From an uncultured delta proteobacterium (lineage in GTDB: Bacteria; Desulfobacterota; Binatia; UBA9968): DNA of 64,000 nt. The position numbers and the translations under genes were made by a program. This document shows, one piece after another, positions 40,218 through 50,997 of the stretch (position 1 is the first letter of the stretch; each line of letters opens with the position of its first letter). Under the pieces are notes generated by a model. The model saw only the letters and a program-made list of their open reading frames with translations. It searched no databases and had not been told where the DNA came from. The stretch is from the NCBI GenBank assembly GCA_963745035.1, contig CAVUVW010000017.1:32001-96000 (forward strand), written 5' to 3'.

Positions 40218-42233
40218 ATGGACATGTTGAATGCGCTCGTCTCGGGCTTCCTGCAGTGCTTTAACTTCTCGACGTTCAATTTGATGCTGATCGGTATCGC
40301 GATCGGCTTCGTCGTCGGAATCCTGCCCGGGCTCGGCGGTCCAACCGCGATGGCGCTCATGCTGCCTTTCGTGTTCAAGATGAACGCCGTCGAAGCCTTC
40401 GCTTTTCTGCTCGGCATGACCGCGGTCACCTCCACCACCGGCGACATCACTTCGGTTCTCTTTGGCGTCCCCGGCGAACCCACTACGGCGTCGACCATTG
40501 TCGACGGTCATGCCATGGCGCGCAACGGCGAAGCCGGCCGCGCGCTCGGCGCCGTGTTGATGAGTTCGCTCGTCGGCGCCGTGTTTGCCGGCATCGCCCT
40601 CGGCGCGGCCGTACCGATCATTCGGCCGCTCGTGCTTTCGTTCGGCTCGCCGGAATTTTTCATGCTGGCGATTCTCGGCATAAGCTTCGTCGCCGCTCTG
40701 AGCGGCGAAGACGTTCTCAAAGGCATCGTTGCCGGCGGTATCGGCCTCATGCTTGCCACTATCGGCTTGGATCCCATCTCGGGCATCCAGCGCTATACTT
40801 TCGGCCAACTCTTTCTTTGGGACGGCGTCGGTCTCGTGCCCATCACCATCGGCTTTTACGCCATTCCGGAAACCATCGAGCTTGCGGTGCTTGGCACCAG
40901 CATCGCCAAACAGGAAGTCGGCGAACTGGGTGGTGTGATGCAAGGGGTCAAGGACACGTTTCGCCACTGGTGGCTGGTGATTCGCTGCAGCGCGCTCGGT
41001 TGCTTTACGGCGATCATCCCGGGCATGGGCGCCGCCACGACCCAGTGGCTGGCCTACGCCCACGCGGTGCAAAGCTCGCCCGACAAAGAGCGTTTCGGCA
41101 AAGGCGATGTTCGAGGCGTCTTGGGTCCGGGCGCGGCAAACAACTCCACTTTGGGCGGCAGCTTGATCACGACCATAGCGTTCGGTGTACCGGCGAGCGT
41201 CGTGATGGCGATCCTGCTCGGCGCCTTCATCATTCAGGGCATAGTTCCGGGCCCCGACATGTTGCTGCCACCGCCCAAGGGCAAACTCGATCTTACCTAT
41301 TCATTCGTCTGGGTGATCATCCTTTCCAACATGATCACCGTCGCCATCTGCTTCCTGTTTTTGAAGCCGCTGGCGAAAGTCACCCAGGTTCGCGGCAGCA
41401 TTATCATCCCGCTGATCTTGGTTCTGATCTATCTGGGCGCATTTGCCGAGAAAAACGCCTTCGCGGACATGATCGTCGTGCTTTTCTTCGGCGCGCTCGG
41501 CTGGGTCATGGAAAAAATGGAGTGGCCGCGCCCGCCGGTTCTGCTCGGATTGGTGTTGGGCCCGCTGGCAGAAAACCGGTTGTTTCTCTCCACCGACAAT
41601 TACGGCTTGGCTTGGACCGGCAGGCCGGGCGTACTCGCGATATTCGTGTTGACGTTAGCTGGTATTTTTTACCCGCTATACAAAAGCCGCCGGGACGCTC
41701 GCAAAAAAGCGGCAGCGGATACATCAATACAACCAGGCGAAGAAGTACACAGTCACCGCACTCTACATTTCGGCGCGGCGGCGCTGTTTACCCTTACGGT
41801 GATCGTCGTGCTCTCGGTCGCGCTCTGGCAGAGCCGCAACTTCGGATACCGCGCAGGACTCTTTCCATGGGTTATCGGCATACCCACTTTGATTTTAGCC
41901 TTCTTGCAACTTGGACGGGATCTGGCCGGCAAGAAAACAGCCGAAGCGGCTGGATCTCACGCCGACTTGGATACTCGAGTGGTCGTGCGGCGAACGATCG
42001 CGATCCTTCTGTGGACCGTCGGCTGCTTTGTTGCGATTTGGCTGTTGGGATTCCCTTACGCTGTGCCGTTAGTCATCTTGCTCTATCTCAAGGTCGCCGG
42101 CGGCGAGAATTGGAAGATCACCGCGATAGTGACATTTTTCGCCTGGTTGTTCTTCTGGGGATTGTTCGAGAAAATATTGAACGTGCCCTTCCCGGAAGGC
42201 TTATTGATCGAACTGATCAAGGGTCCGGAGTAG
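40218..42233 (+). CDS. TTT permease TctA fused to a TctB-like C-terminal domain
   Basis: GILPGLG, GVPGEP, GAANN, PGP; extra four-TM tail ending LNVPFP. Confidence 0.88.
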   Translation: MDMLNALVSGFLQCFNFSTFNLMLIGIAIGFVVGILPGLGGPTAMALMLPFVFKMNAVEAFAFLLGMTAVTSTTGDITSVLFGVPGEPTTASTIVDGHAMARNGEAGRALGAVLMSSLVGAVFAGIALGAAVPIIRPLVLSFGSPEFFMLAILGISFVAALSGEDVLKGIVAGGIGLMLATIGLDPISGIQRYTFGQLFLWDGVGLVPITIGFYAIPETIELAVLGTSIAKQEVGELGGVMQGVKDTFRHWWLVIRCSALGCFTAIIPGMGAATTQWLAYAHAVQSSPDKERFGKGDVRGVLGPGAANNSTLGGSLITTIAFGVPASVVMAILLGAFIIQGIVPGPDMLLPPPKGKLDLTYSFVWVIILSNMITVAICFLFLKPLAKVTQVRGSIIIPLILVLIYLGAFAEKNAFADMIVVLFFGALGWVMEKMEWPRPPVLLGLVLGPLAENRLFLSTDNYGLAWTGRPGVLAIFVLTLAGIFYPLYKSRRDARKKAAADTSIQPGEEVHSHRTLHFGAAALFTLTVIVVLSVALWQSRNFGYRAGLFPWVIGIPTLILAFLQLGRDLAGKKTAEAAGSHADLDTRVVVRRTIAILLWTVGCFVAIWLLGFPYAVPLVILLYLKVAGGENWKITAIVTFFAWLFFWGLFEKILNVPFPEGLLIELIKGPE

Positions 42234-42270
42234 TCGGCTCGGGCCAAACGCCGAACGGCATCCAAGTATG

Positions 42271-42306
42271 AAGGCCACAGAGAGCTTCTCCGTGGCCTTT
42301 CTTCTT
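42271..42306 (+). terminator. Intrinsic terminator-like hairpin after tctA
   Basis: AAGGCCACAGAGA-GCT-TCTCCGTGGCCTT then T-rich. Confidence 0.55.
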
Positions 42307-42352
42307 CGCGCTGAGATCGGATTTTTTTGCGCGCAAAATCTGCCGGCGAGAA

Positions 42353-44663
42353 TTACTCCACGCGGCCCTGAAGCCCGCGCCAAACTTTTTCCGGAGTGAG
42401 CGGTAAATCGTAGAGTCTAAGCCCCGTCGCCCGGTAGACGCGCGTTGGCAATGGCGGCCGCGACGGGCAACAAGCCTCCTTCGCCGGTGCCCTTGGCGCC
42501 GAACGGGTCCGGGACCGTTTTGGCTTTCGACTAAAATCGTCTCGAAAGCTTTTGGCAAGTGGTGGAAACTTGGCACCCGGTAATCGACTAGATTCGGGTT
42601 GAGCAACTGGCCGTCTTTGTAAACCATCTCTTCGAGCAGGCTGTGGCCGATGGCGTTCATCACGCCGCCCTCGTCCTGGCCTTCGCAAAGCACCGGATGG
42701 ATCGCCTTGCCGACATCGGCGAGGGAAACATACTTAAGCAGTTTAATTTCACCGGTGTCGCAATCCACTTCGACTTCCGCGCCACCCCAACTGATCTCCC
42801 AAAAATTTGTCGGCGAGCCGAGCGCCGCCTTCGGGCTTTTGATCGATTGGTACGCGCCCCGCCCGATCATCTCGCCCGATTTCGACAAGAACACCTTCTG
42901 CATCAATTCGACGAAAGGCAAACTGCGGCTCCGGTTCTCGACGATCTTTCCGCCGGCCAAGGACAACTGAGCCGGTTTGGTCTTGAGGACGCGCGCCGCG
43001 TGGCGCAGCAGTTGGCGCTTTAAATCCTGCGCCGCGCGCTGAACGGCCAACCCCATGACGACCGTGGAGCTGCTCGCATTGGTGTTGACGTCGTACGGCG
43101 TCACGTCGGTATCGAGCTGCGCCACCGTGACCGCGTCGTAGGGAATACCCAACTCCTCGGCGACGACCTGGCTGAGCGCCGTGCGCGCGCCCTGACCCAC
43201 TTCCACCGTGCCGGTAAGCAATATCACGCTGCCGTCGGCGTTCATTTTGACCGCGGCGGAGGAAACTTTGTAGGTGCCGCCGCCGTCCTTCATGCACACC
43301 GCCAGCCCTCTGCCCAACGCCTTGCCCGGACCGGGCGCTTTTTTCTTCGCGCTCCAGCCGATCTCTTCGGCGGCCTGCAGCAAACCGGCCTTGAGATCGC
43401 AATCCACCGGCGTATCGCCGGGCGTGTAGAGCTCGCCTTTCTTGAGCAGATTCTTCAGACGCAACTGCAACGGATCGACGCCGAGCTTGGCGGCGATGAT
43501 ATCCATCTGCGATTCGTACGCCCAGGTCACCTGCAAGGTGCCGAAACCGCGGTAGGCTCCCGCCGGCACCGTGTTGGTATAAACCGTATAGGCGTCCGTT
43601 TTCATGTGCGGCAAGCGATAGGGGCCAAAGCAACGGTAGCCGGCCTTCTGCGTCACGCGCGGCCCGGCGTCGGCGTAGGCTCCGGTTTCCATGTGAATCA
43701 GACACTGGCGCGCGACCAGCCTGCCGTCCTTCATCACACCGGTCTTGATCTGCACCCGCGCCGGATGGCGCGTCACGGTGCGAAAACTCTCCTCGATGGT
43801 GTGCGCCAGGCGCACCGGCCGCTGCGCTTTCCACGACAGCGCCGCGGCCAGCGGTTCGGTCTTGACCGCCAGCTTGCCGCCGTAGCCGCCGCCGACGTAG
43901 GGCACGATGACGCGCACCTTGTTGAGCGGCATGCGGAAGATCTCGGCGAGATGCTCGCGCAAAGTGAACGGTTCCTGGGTGCCGGCCCAGAGCGTGATGC
44001 GATCGCCTTCGACGTCGGCCACGGTGGCGTGCGGTTCCATCGAGAAATGCTGCACCCGCGGAAACGTGAACGTGTCTTCGAAAACATGATCGGCTTTCTT
44101 GAAGCCATCTTCGACGTCGCCTTTGGCGTAGCTGAAGCGGTAACACAGATTCGTGCCGCTGAATTCCTTCGGCGCCTCGTAGTGCTGACCCATCAGCTCG
44201 CCGCCGCTGGCCGCCGCTTCGTGCACCAGCGGGGCGCCGGGCGCCAGCGCTTCGTCGAGACTGGTCACGGCGCGGCAGATCCTCGTAATCGACCTCGATC
44301 AACGACAAGGCTTGCTCCGCGGTCGCCTCGTCCACCGCCGCCACCGCCGCGACCGGATCGCCGGCGTAGCGCACTTTGTCGACCGCGACGATGGTTTGAT
44401 CTTTATAGGCGGCGCCGAACATGCCCAAGCGCCGCTGGTCGTCGCGCGTGATCACGGCGAAAACGCCGGGGAGCTTCTCCGCCGCGCTGGCGTCGACGCG
44501 GGCAAGGCGCGCGTGGGCGTAGGGGCTGCGCAAAATTTTCCCGTGGGCCATATTGGGCAGCTCTACGTCCACCGTGTAGAGCGCTTTGCCGGTCACTTTC
44601 TCCGCGCCGTCGGAGCGCGCCTCCGCTTTGCCGACGACTCGATACTCCGCTGATTTTCTTCAT
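42353..44663 (-). CDS. Xanthine dehydrogenase-family molybdopterin-binding subunit; several indels
   Basis: KVTGKALY, VGGGYGGK, AYRGFG, EVGQG, EGQDEGG; breaks near 44655, 44270, 42500, 42440. Confidence 0.9.
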
Positions 44664-44666
44664 CCC

Positions 44667-46011
44667 TCAACCTCGATGACTGAAATTGTGGCGCACCCAC
44701 TCGAGCGCTTCCTCCCGGCTGCGCAGCTCGCCGCCCAACTGCCGATCCTCCACCTGACGCAGGATTTCCGCGAACAGCGGCCCGGGCGCAAATCCCAAAT
44801 CGATCAGATCGCCGCCGCGCAGCAAAGGCGCCGGGCGAATCTCTTCCTGTTCGAGCGCGGCCAGGCGCTCCATGCAAAACCGGTAATAACTGAGATCGCC
44901 GTTGGACGACAGCGCGTCGATGCGCGCCAGCTCGAGCAGCTCCTCGATGCCGTCCTCGCGGAGGAAACGCTTGAGCGTGCTCACGCGCATGTTCGGCGCC
45001 TGCACCAGGCGCAGGTGGTGGCGCACGAGATAGCTCACCCGCTCCCAGAGCGCGCGCCCGCGCTTGAGCCGTTTGAGAATCTCTTCGGCCATAGCGGCGC
45101 CCTTTTCGGTGTGGCCGTAAAAAGTCACGCGGTCGCCGTCACGCCGAAAACAGATCGGCTTGGCCACGTCGTGCAGCAGGCAGCCGTACGCCAGCGTCTC
45201 GGACGGCGCTTTGAGATGGCCGAGCAGCAGCATCGTGTGGGTGAAAACGTCGCCTTCGGGATGATAGTCGGGGCTCTGCCAGGTGCCCTTCAGCGCGTCG
45301 ATCTCCGGCAGCAACACTTTCAGCAGCCCGCTTTGATCGAGCAGCTCGAAGCCGCGCCGCGCGCCGCCCTCGGTGAGAATCCGCGTGATCTCGTCGCCGA
45401 TGCGCTCCCAGGCGATATCGGTGATCGCCGGCGCCAAGCTGTTGGATCGCCGCGAACGTCGCGTCTTCGATGACAAAGTCCAGGCTCGCCGCGAAACGCA
45501 CGGCGCGGATCATGCGCAGCCGGTCTTCTTGGAAGCGCTGGACGGCGTCGCCGATAGCGCGAATCCGGCCTTGTTCGAGGTCGCGCCGGCCCTCCACCAG
45601 ATCAATGACCCGATCGGCCACCGGGTCGTAAACCATGCCGTTGATCGTGAAGTCCCGGCGCCGCACGTCCTCCTCCAGGCTGCCGTAGCGCACCTGGCTC
45701 GGCCGGCGGCCGTCGAGGTAAGGTCCGTCGTCGCGAAAGCTTGCGACCTCGAAGGGCTGGCCGTCGATCAAAACGAGAATGACGCCGAACTGCGCGCCCA
45801 CCGGAACGGTGTCGGGAAAAATCCGTTGAACGTCCTCGGGGCGCGCGCTGGTCGCGATATCGTAGTCCTGCGGCTCTTTGCCGAGCAGCATGTCGCGCAC
45901 CGAGCCGCCGGCGAAATAGGCCTCATGGCCTTCGCGGCGAAGTCCCTGCACGATAAAAATAGCTTTCTCGCGCGCCGGCATCGGCGCGCCTGGGTTGGCG
46001 TTGGCTTCCAC
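44667..46011 (-). CDS. CCA tRNA nucleotidyltransferase/poly(A) polymerase family with HD domain; frameshift near 45440
   Basis: GGSVRD, DYDIAT, RRDFTING, EDRLR, HPEGDVFTH, LHDVAKP. Confidence 0.92.
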
Positions 46012-46041
46012 TGTCGATGAAAAAAAATCCGCGGTCGCTGT

Positions 46042-46428
46042 TCAGAGCGGAAAGGTCGTGCTCGCCGAAGGAATCAATTCCCGGACCTTGCCTTGCAGCT
46101 CCTGGAAGGTGAAAGGCTTGATGATGTAGCCGTTGCAGCCCGCCTCGAGGCAGTGTTTGAGGTCCGCGTCGCGGAACATCGCGGTCGCGGCCAAAATCGG
46201 GATATCCTTGATTTCCGCATGGGCGCGAATCTCGCGCGCCGCTTGCCAGCCGTCCATGCCCGGCATCATGATATCCATGATAATCAATTCGGGTTTCTCG
46301 CTCAGCGCCTTTTCCACTCCCTCATTGCCGCGCTTGGCGGTGATCGGTGTAAATCCCATGAGCTCGATCTGCCAGGTCAACAGCTCGCGCATGTCGCCGT
46401 GGTCTTCGATGATCAAAACTTTCTTCAT
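46042..46428 (-). CDS. Single-domain response regulator
   Basis: LIIEDH, MDIMMPGMDG, KP. Confidence 0.9.
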   Translation of the reverse strand: MKKVLIIEDHGDMRELLTWQIELMGFTPITAKRGNEGVEKALSEKPELIIMDIMMPGMDGWQAAREIRAHAEIKDIPILAATAMFRDADLKHCLEAGCNGYIIKPFTFQELQGKVRELIPSASTTFPL

Positions 46429-46563
46429 GATCCGAGCCTGACTAAGCCTTTGGGGGAAACCGCGCGCCGCGAAACCGCATAAACTATGCCGTAGCGGGTC
46501 CGTAACTGTCAAGCCGCCGCTACGACGGCAAACGGGTCGGGGCCGCCGGCGCCGGGAACTTGT

Positions 46564-47887
46564 CTATTTTGTGGCGGTTTTCGTAGCGTTACCGACAACT
46601 ACCGTGATCAGGTCGTCCGGTCGGAGATACTGCTTGGCCACGCGCGCGACGTCCTCGCGCGTGACTTTGCCGATGAGCCCGTTGTAGCGTTCGGGGTAAT
46701 CCAGGCCGAGCTCGTAATATTCGACTTGCGCCAGAAAGCCGGCCACTTTCCGGTTGGTGTCAAAGCGCAGCGGGAAGCTGCCGATCAGATAGTCCTTGGC
46801 GTCGCTGAGCTCACGCTCCTCCACCGGCTGCTCGCGCATCCGGCGCATTTCGTCCTTGGCGATGCGGATCGCTTCCGCGGCGGTCTCGTTCTTGGTTTGC
46901 ATCACGAACTGAAAAGAGCCGTGGCTTTTTTCGGCGGCGAAGTAGCTGTATACCGAATACGCCAGGCCGCGCTCGTTGCGGATCGAATCCATCGCCCGCG
47001 ACGAAAAACCGCCGCCGCCGAGAATATAGTTCATCACCTGAATCGCGTAGTAATCCGGGTTGCCGCGCGCCACGCCGTTGTGGCCGAGCACGATGTTGGC
47101 CTGAGTAAGATCTTTTTTGACCTGCACAACCTGGGGCTGGCCGATCTGCGCCGGCGCCGCCGGCTTAGCGCCCGCCGCGCCCTTGCTCCAGCCTTTCATC
47201 GCCTTGCTCAGCGCCTCGGCAATTTCTTTTTCCGCCACGTCGCCGACCACGGCGATGATCGCGCGGTTGGGCCGATAATGGCGCGCGTAGAAATCTTGCA
47301 GCGCTTTTTGCTGCACGAGCTTGACGGTCGCCTCGGTGCCTTCGACCGGCCGGCCGTAGGGGCTCTTCGGAAACAGCGCCGCGGCGAACGCGGTTCCAGC
47401 CACGGCGCCGGGGTCTTCCTGGCGCGCTCGGATCGAGGCGATGACCGCCTGCTTTTGGCGGTCGATTTCCACCGGCGGAAAGCTCGCTTGGGTCAACACT
47501 TCGGCGAGCAGATCGAGACCCGCGGCGAGATCTTTTTTGAGAATCGTCATGCTCACCGTGGCCACATCTTCGCCGCAGCTCGCCGACAGGCTGGCGCCCA
47601 TGAAATCGAGCGCCTCGCTGATTTGCACGGCGCTGCGCTTTTGTGTTCCCTGGGTCAGAAGCCGCGCGGTGAGATTGGCCAGACCGGCTTGCTCGGCCGG
47701 CTCATGACGCGAGCCGGATTCGATCAGCAGCTCGATCGACACCATCGGCAGCGCGCGCTGCTCCGAGGTGAGCAGCACCAGGCCGTTATTGAGAACCGTG
47801 CGTTTGGGCACCATGCCTCCCCAAGTCGTGAAAAGCGCCGACGGCCGAGACGAGCAGAACCGCGCACGCCCACGACAATTTTTTCAT
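46564..47887 (-). CDS. M16B peptidase, non-catalytic subunit; signal peptide split off by one extra base near 47832
   Basis: No HxxEH; GGGGFSSR, RNERGLAY; ATG 47887 overlaps upstream stop and gives MKKLSWACAVLLVSAVGA. Confidence 0.88.
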
Positions 47888-49212
47888 TGGGATTTTTCTT
47901 TGGTCGGAATCAGCGTGCCGACGGTGCGCCGGTCCGGGTTTAGATACTGGCCGGCGACCCGCCGAATATCTTCGCGCGTGACTTTCCTGATGCCATCGAG
48001 ATAGGCGTCCATCTGGCGCCAGCCGCCCACCGCTTCATAGTAGCCGATCTTCATCGCCTGGCCGAAAATCGAATCCTGGGCGAAAACAAAGGCGGCCTCG
48101 ACCTGGTTCTTGGCCTTTTGCAGCTCACGCTCGCTGATCAGTTCGGTCTTCACCTTCTCCAAATTGCGATTGATCTCCCGCTCCACCGCCGCCGCCTCGA
48201 TGCCGGGAAGGAGCTGGGCGTACACCGATAAACCCGCCGGATCGATGGAAACGCCGCTGTAGTCCGCATCGACGCCGCGCACCAGGCGCTTCTGGTAGAC
48301 GAGATCGTGATGGAGCCGGGAGCTTTTCCCCCCCGCCAGCACCACCGACAGAAGATCGAGCGCGAAGCTGTCCGGGTTCTCAAGATTGGGCGCATGGTAG
48401 AACGCCAGCACCAACGGCAGCTCGGCCTCTTTTTTGAGAATCACCCGCCGCTCGCCGCGCTGCTCCGGCTCTTCGGCGCTGACCTTGGGTGGCTCGGGGC
48501 CGCGCGGGATCTTGCCGAACGCGGTCTTGATTTTCTCGAGCGCTTGCTCAGTGGAGAAATCGCCGACCATGACGATATACGCGTTGTTCGGCGCGTAGTA
48601 CAGTTTATAGAAGTCGACCAGGTCCTGGCGCTCTAAATTTTCGATATCCTGCATCCAGCCGACGATCGGCCGGCGATACGGGTGGATCGTGTAGGCGACC
48701 GCGCTCGCGACTTCACCGAGCGCCGCGGCCGGATTGTCCTCGGTACGCATGCGCCGCTCTTCCTGAATGACTTTCTTTTCCGGCTCGAAGTATTTTTCGC
48801 CGAGCAATGCATTGGCCATGCGGTCGGCTTCCAGATCGATCTCGATGCCGATCTTTTCCCGGCTCATGGTCGCGAAATACACGGTCACGTCCGACGACGT
48901 AAATGCGTTCGAGCGCCCGCCGTTTTTCGCGATGATGCGCGAGTACTCCTCCGGCCCCGTGTGCGGCGTTCCTTTGAACATCATGTGCTCGAGAAAATGG
49001 GCGAGGCCGCTCTTGCCGTCTTTTTCGTTGCGCGCGCCGACGCGGTACCAGACCTGAAATGTGACCGCCGGGCTCTTGTGATCTTCGAGCAACAGCACTT
49101 TGAGGCCGTTGTCGAGCACGAACTCCTGGACTTGAGCGGCATCGAGCGGGGTGGTGAGAGCGCCTAGCATAGCTGTCAACAGCGCGACGAGACCAAACCG
49201 AAATCGCGGCAT
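47884..49212 (-). CDS. M16B zinc peptidase, catalytic subunit
   Basis: GLAHFLEHMMFKGT, NAFTS, EERR; signal peptide. Confidence 0.95.
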   Translation of the reverse strand: MPRFRFGLVALLTAMLGALTTPLDAAQVQEFVLDNGLKVLLLEDHKSPAVTFQVWYRVGARNEKDGKSGLAHFLEHMMFKGTPHTGPEEYSRIIAKNGGRSNAFTSSDVTVYFATMSREKIGIEIDLEADRMANALLGEKYFEPEKKVIQEERRMRTEDNPAAALGEVASAVAYTIHPYRRPIVGWMQDIENLERQDLVDFYKLYYAPNNAYIVMVGDFSTEQALEKIKTAFGKIPRGPEPPKVSAEEPEQRGERRVILKKEAELPLVLAFYHAPNLENPDSFALDLLSVVLAGGKSSRLHHDLVYQKRLVRGVDADYSGVSIDPAGLSVYAQLLPGIEAAAVEREINRNLEKVKTELISERELQKAKNQVEAAFVFAQDSIFGQAMKIGYYEAVGGWRQMDAYLDGIRKVTREDIRRVAGQYLNPDRRTVGTLIPTKEKSQ

Positions 49213-49325
49213 GATGATTCAAGGTAAAGCATGCGACCCCAAAGTCAAGGTAATGCTCGGTGAATCGACGGTGGCACGCTAGTACCGATTATTCATCGCC
49301 CGAGATACACTCAGAAGATTCTGTC

Positions 49326-49501
49326 GGCCGAGGTGTGACCCTGCAGGGGCAAAGGCACCGACGCCAAATGCTTCATGATCATGCAGGGTGCTTGGCACGA
49401 TGATCAACCTTTCTCACCGGAGATCTCATGAATACTCGCTCGCTTGGCATTACAGAGGCACAGGCCCATTGCCTTTGCTCCGGAAGGGTTGTGCCTCGGC
49501 C
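49326..49501 (+). ncRNA. Candidate structured non-coding RNA (or MITE), ~177 nt
   Basis: 32-nt ends pair on + strand with 5 G-U wobbles and 2 mismatches; nested internal stems; TACACT at 49306-49311. Confidence 0.5.
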
Positions 49502-49525
49502 GCACCGCATGTGAGTCAATCCGGG

Positions 49526-50788
49526 CTACTGCGCGGCGCGCGCCGGCCGGCGCGCGAGAAAAATCAACAGCGCGGCGATCAGATAGCTCGCCAGAAAAAT
49601 CGCGAAGATCTCGCGATAGCCACCGAAGTGGTCGAAGGCGATGCCGGCGAACAAGGCGCCGAGACCGAGCCCGCCCTTATGAAAGGGGTCGAGGATGCTG
49701 CTGATCGCGCCGAACGAGCGGCGACCGAAATAGCGCGCGATCAGAACCTGGGTGAGCACCGCGGCGCCGCGCGCGTTGGTGCCGAAGAGCAGCGCGAAGA
49801 GATACGCCGCCGCGGTTGAGCGCGCCTGCATCAGCAGGGCCACCGAAGCGGCAGCGACCAGCAGCGTGATCACGCTCAGCCGGCGCGGGTGAACGCGCTC
49901 GGCGAGGGCGCCCCAGACACCGTTGCCGAACGCGCCGGCGAGCGCCATCACGCTCACCACGCCGGCGGCGAGCGCCGGCGCGAGCGCGCCGTCGGTCAGA
50001 TATGCGGCCAGATGAAATGCCACACCGCCGGTGCCGATGGACGACAGAAAAGCGCTCGCGACGAGAAGCCAAAGCGTGGCGGTTCGCAGCGCTTCGGCGC
50101 GCCGCCAACTGTATTCGAGCGCGACTTCGTGCGCGCCCGCGCCGCTGCGTTCGACGATCGAAGAGGACGACGCAATGCGCTCGGCGCCGTCGGGCAGCAG
50201 GCCGAGATCTTCGGGCTGGCGGCGCAGAAAAATCAAGCCGGGAATCACCACCAGCACCCAGAGCGCGATGCCGAGGGCGAAAAACGCGCTGCGCCAGCCG
50301 TAGTGCGTGACGAAGAATTGATAGACGAGCGACAGCGCCGCAGAGCCGAGCGGCGTGGCCATCGCGACCAGCCCCATCACGCGCGGCCGCTTGAGGTAAA
50401 ACCAGTTGGCGACGGCGGTGAACGCCACCATGCCGCAGAGCAAGAATTCCGTGAGTGCGCGTGCCGGAACGAAGGTCGCGTAGAATTGCCAGGGCTCGGT
50501 GCTGAGACTCACGCCGATCGCGAGCAGTCCGACCAGAGCTCCACCGGCCGGCAAAAGCATACGCGGGCCGAGTCGGTCGGCGAGCGGACCGAAGATCGGC
50601 GAAAGCGCACCGCCGAGCAGCGCGCCCAAGGTGATCGCTGCGGCGGTGAGCGAGCGCGTCCAGCCGAGATCGTCGCTGATCGGCTTCAGCACCACGGCCA
50701 TAGTGATGTTGCTCACGCCGGCGGCGAGGACGCCTGACAGTGCGACGATGACGACGATCACCCAGCCGTAAAAAAACGGCAGGGTCAC
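49526..50788 (-). CDS. MFS transporter
   Basis: GPLADRLGPR motif A; about 12 TM segments. Confidence 0.92.
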   Translation of the reverse strand: MTLPFFYGWVIVVIVALSGVLAAGVSNITMAVVLKPISDDLGWTRSLTAAAITLGALLGGALSPIFGPLADRLGPRMLLPAGGALVGLLAIGVSLSTEPWQFYATFVPARALTEFLLCGMVAFTAVANWFYLKRPRVMGLVAMATPLGSAALSLVYQFFVTHYGWRSAFFALGIALWVLVVIPGLIFLRRQPEDLGLLPDGAERIASSSSIVERSGAGAHEVALEYSWRRAEALRTATLWLLVASAFLSSIGTGGVAFHLAAYLTDGALAPALAAGVVSVMALAGAFGNGVWGALAERVHPRRLSVITLLVAAASVALLMQARSTAAAYLFALLFGTNARGAAVLTQVLIARYFGRRSFGAISSILDPFHKGGLGLGALFAGIAFDHFGGYREIFAIFLASYLIAALLIFLARRPARAAQ

Positions 50789-50997
50789 CCGTGGTCGTCC
50801 TCAATCATGGTCGAAGAGATGGTTTTTTTGATTGTACAATCAGGCGGCATCGACACGGAACTCGTTCGGCGATGGGCATCGTATAACCGCTCGACGAGCG
50901 CCTTGCAATGACAAGCCGCCGATGCGGGGCGTTTTCGCTCCCCTCGTTTGACTCCCCCACCACGCCACCATACTATGATTGCCATCGGGAGGAATTC

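Noticed and set aside
49326-49501. Retron msr-msd or IS110 bridge RNA
   Set aside because: No reverse transcriptase or recombinase nearby; kept only as a generic ncRNA/MITE candidate.
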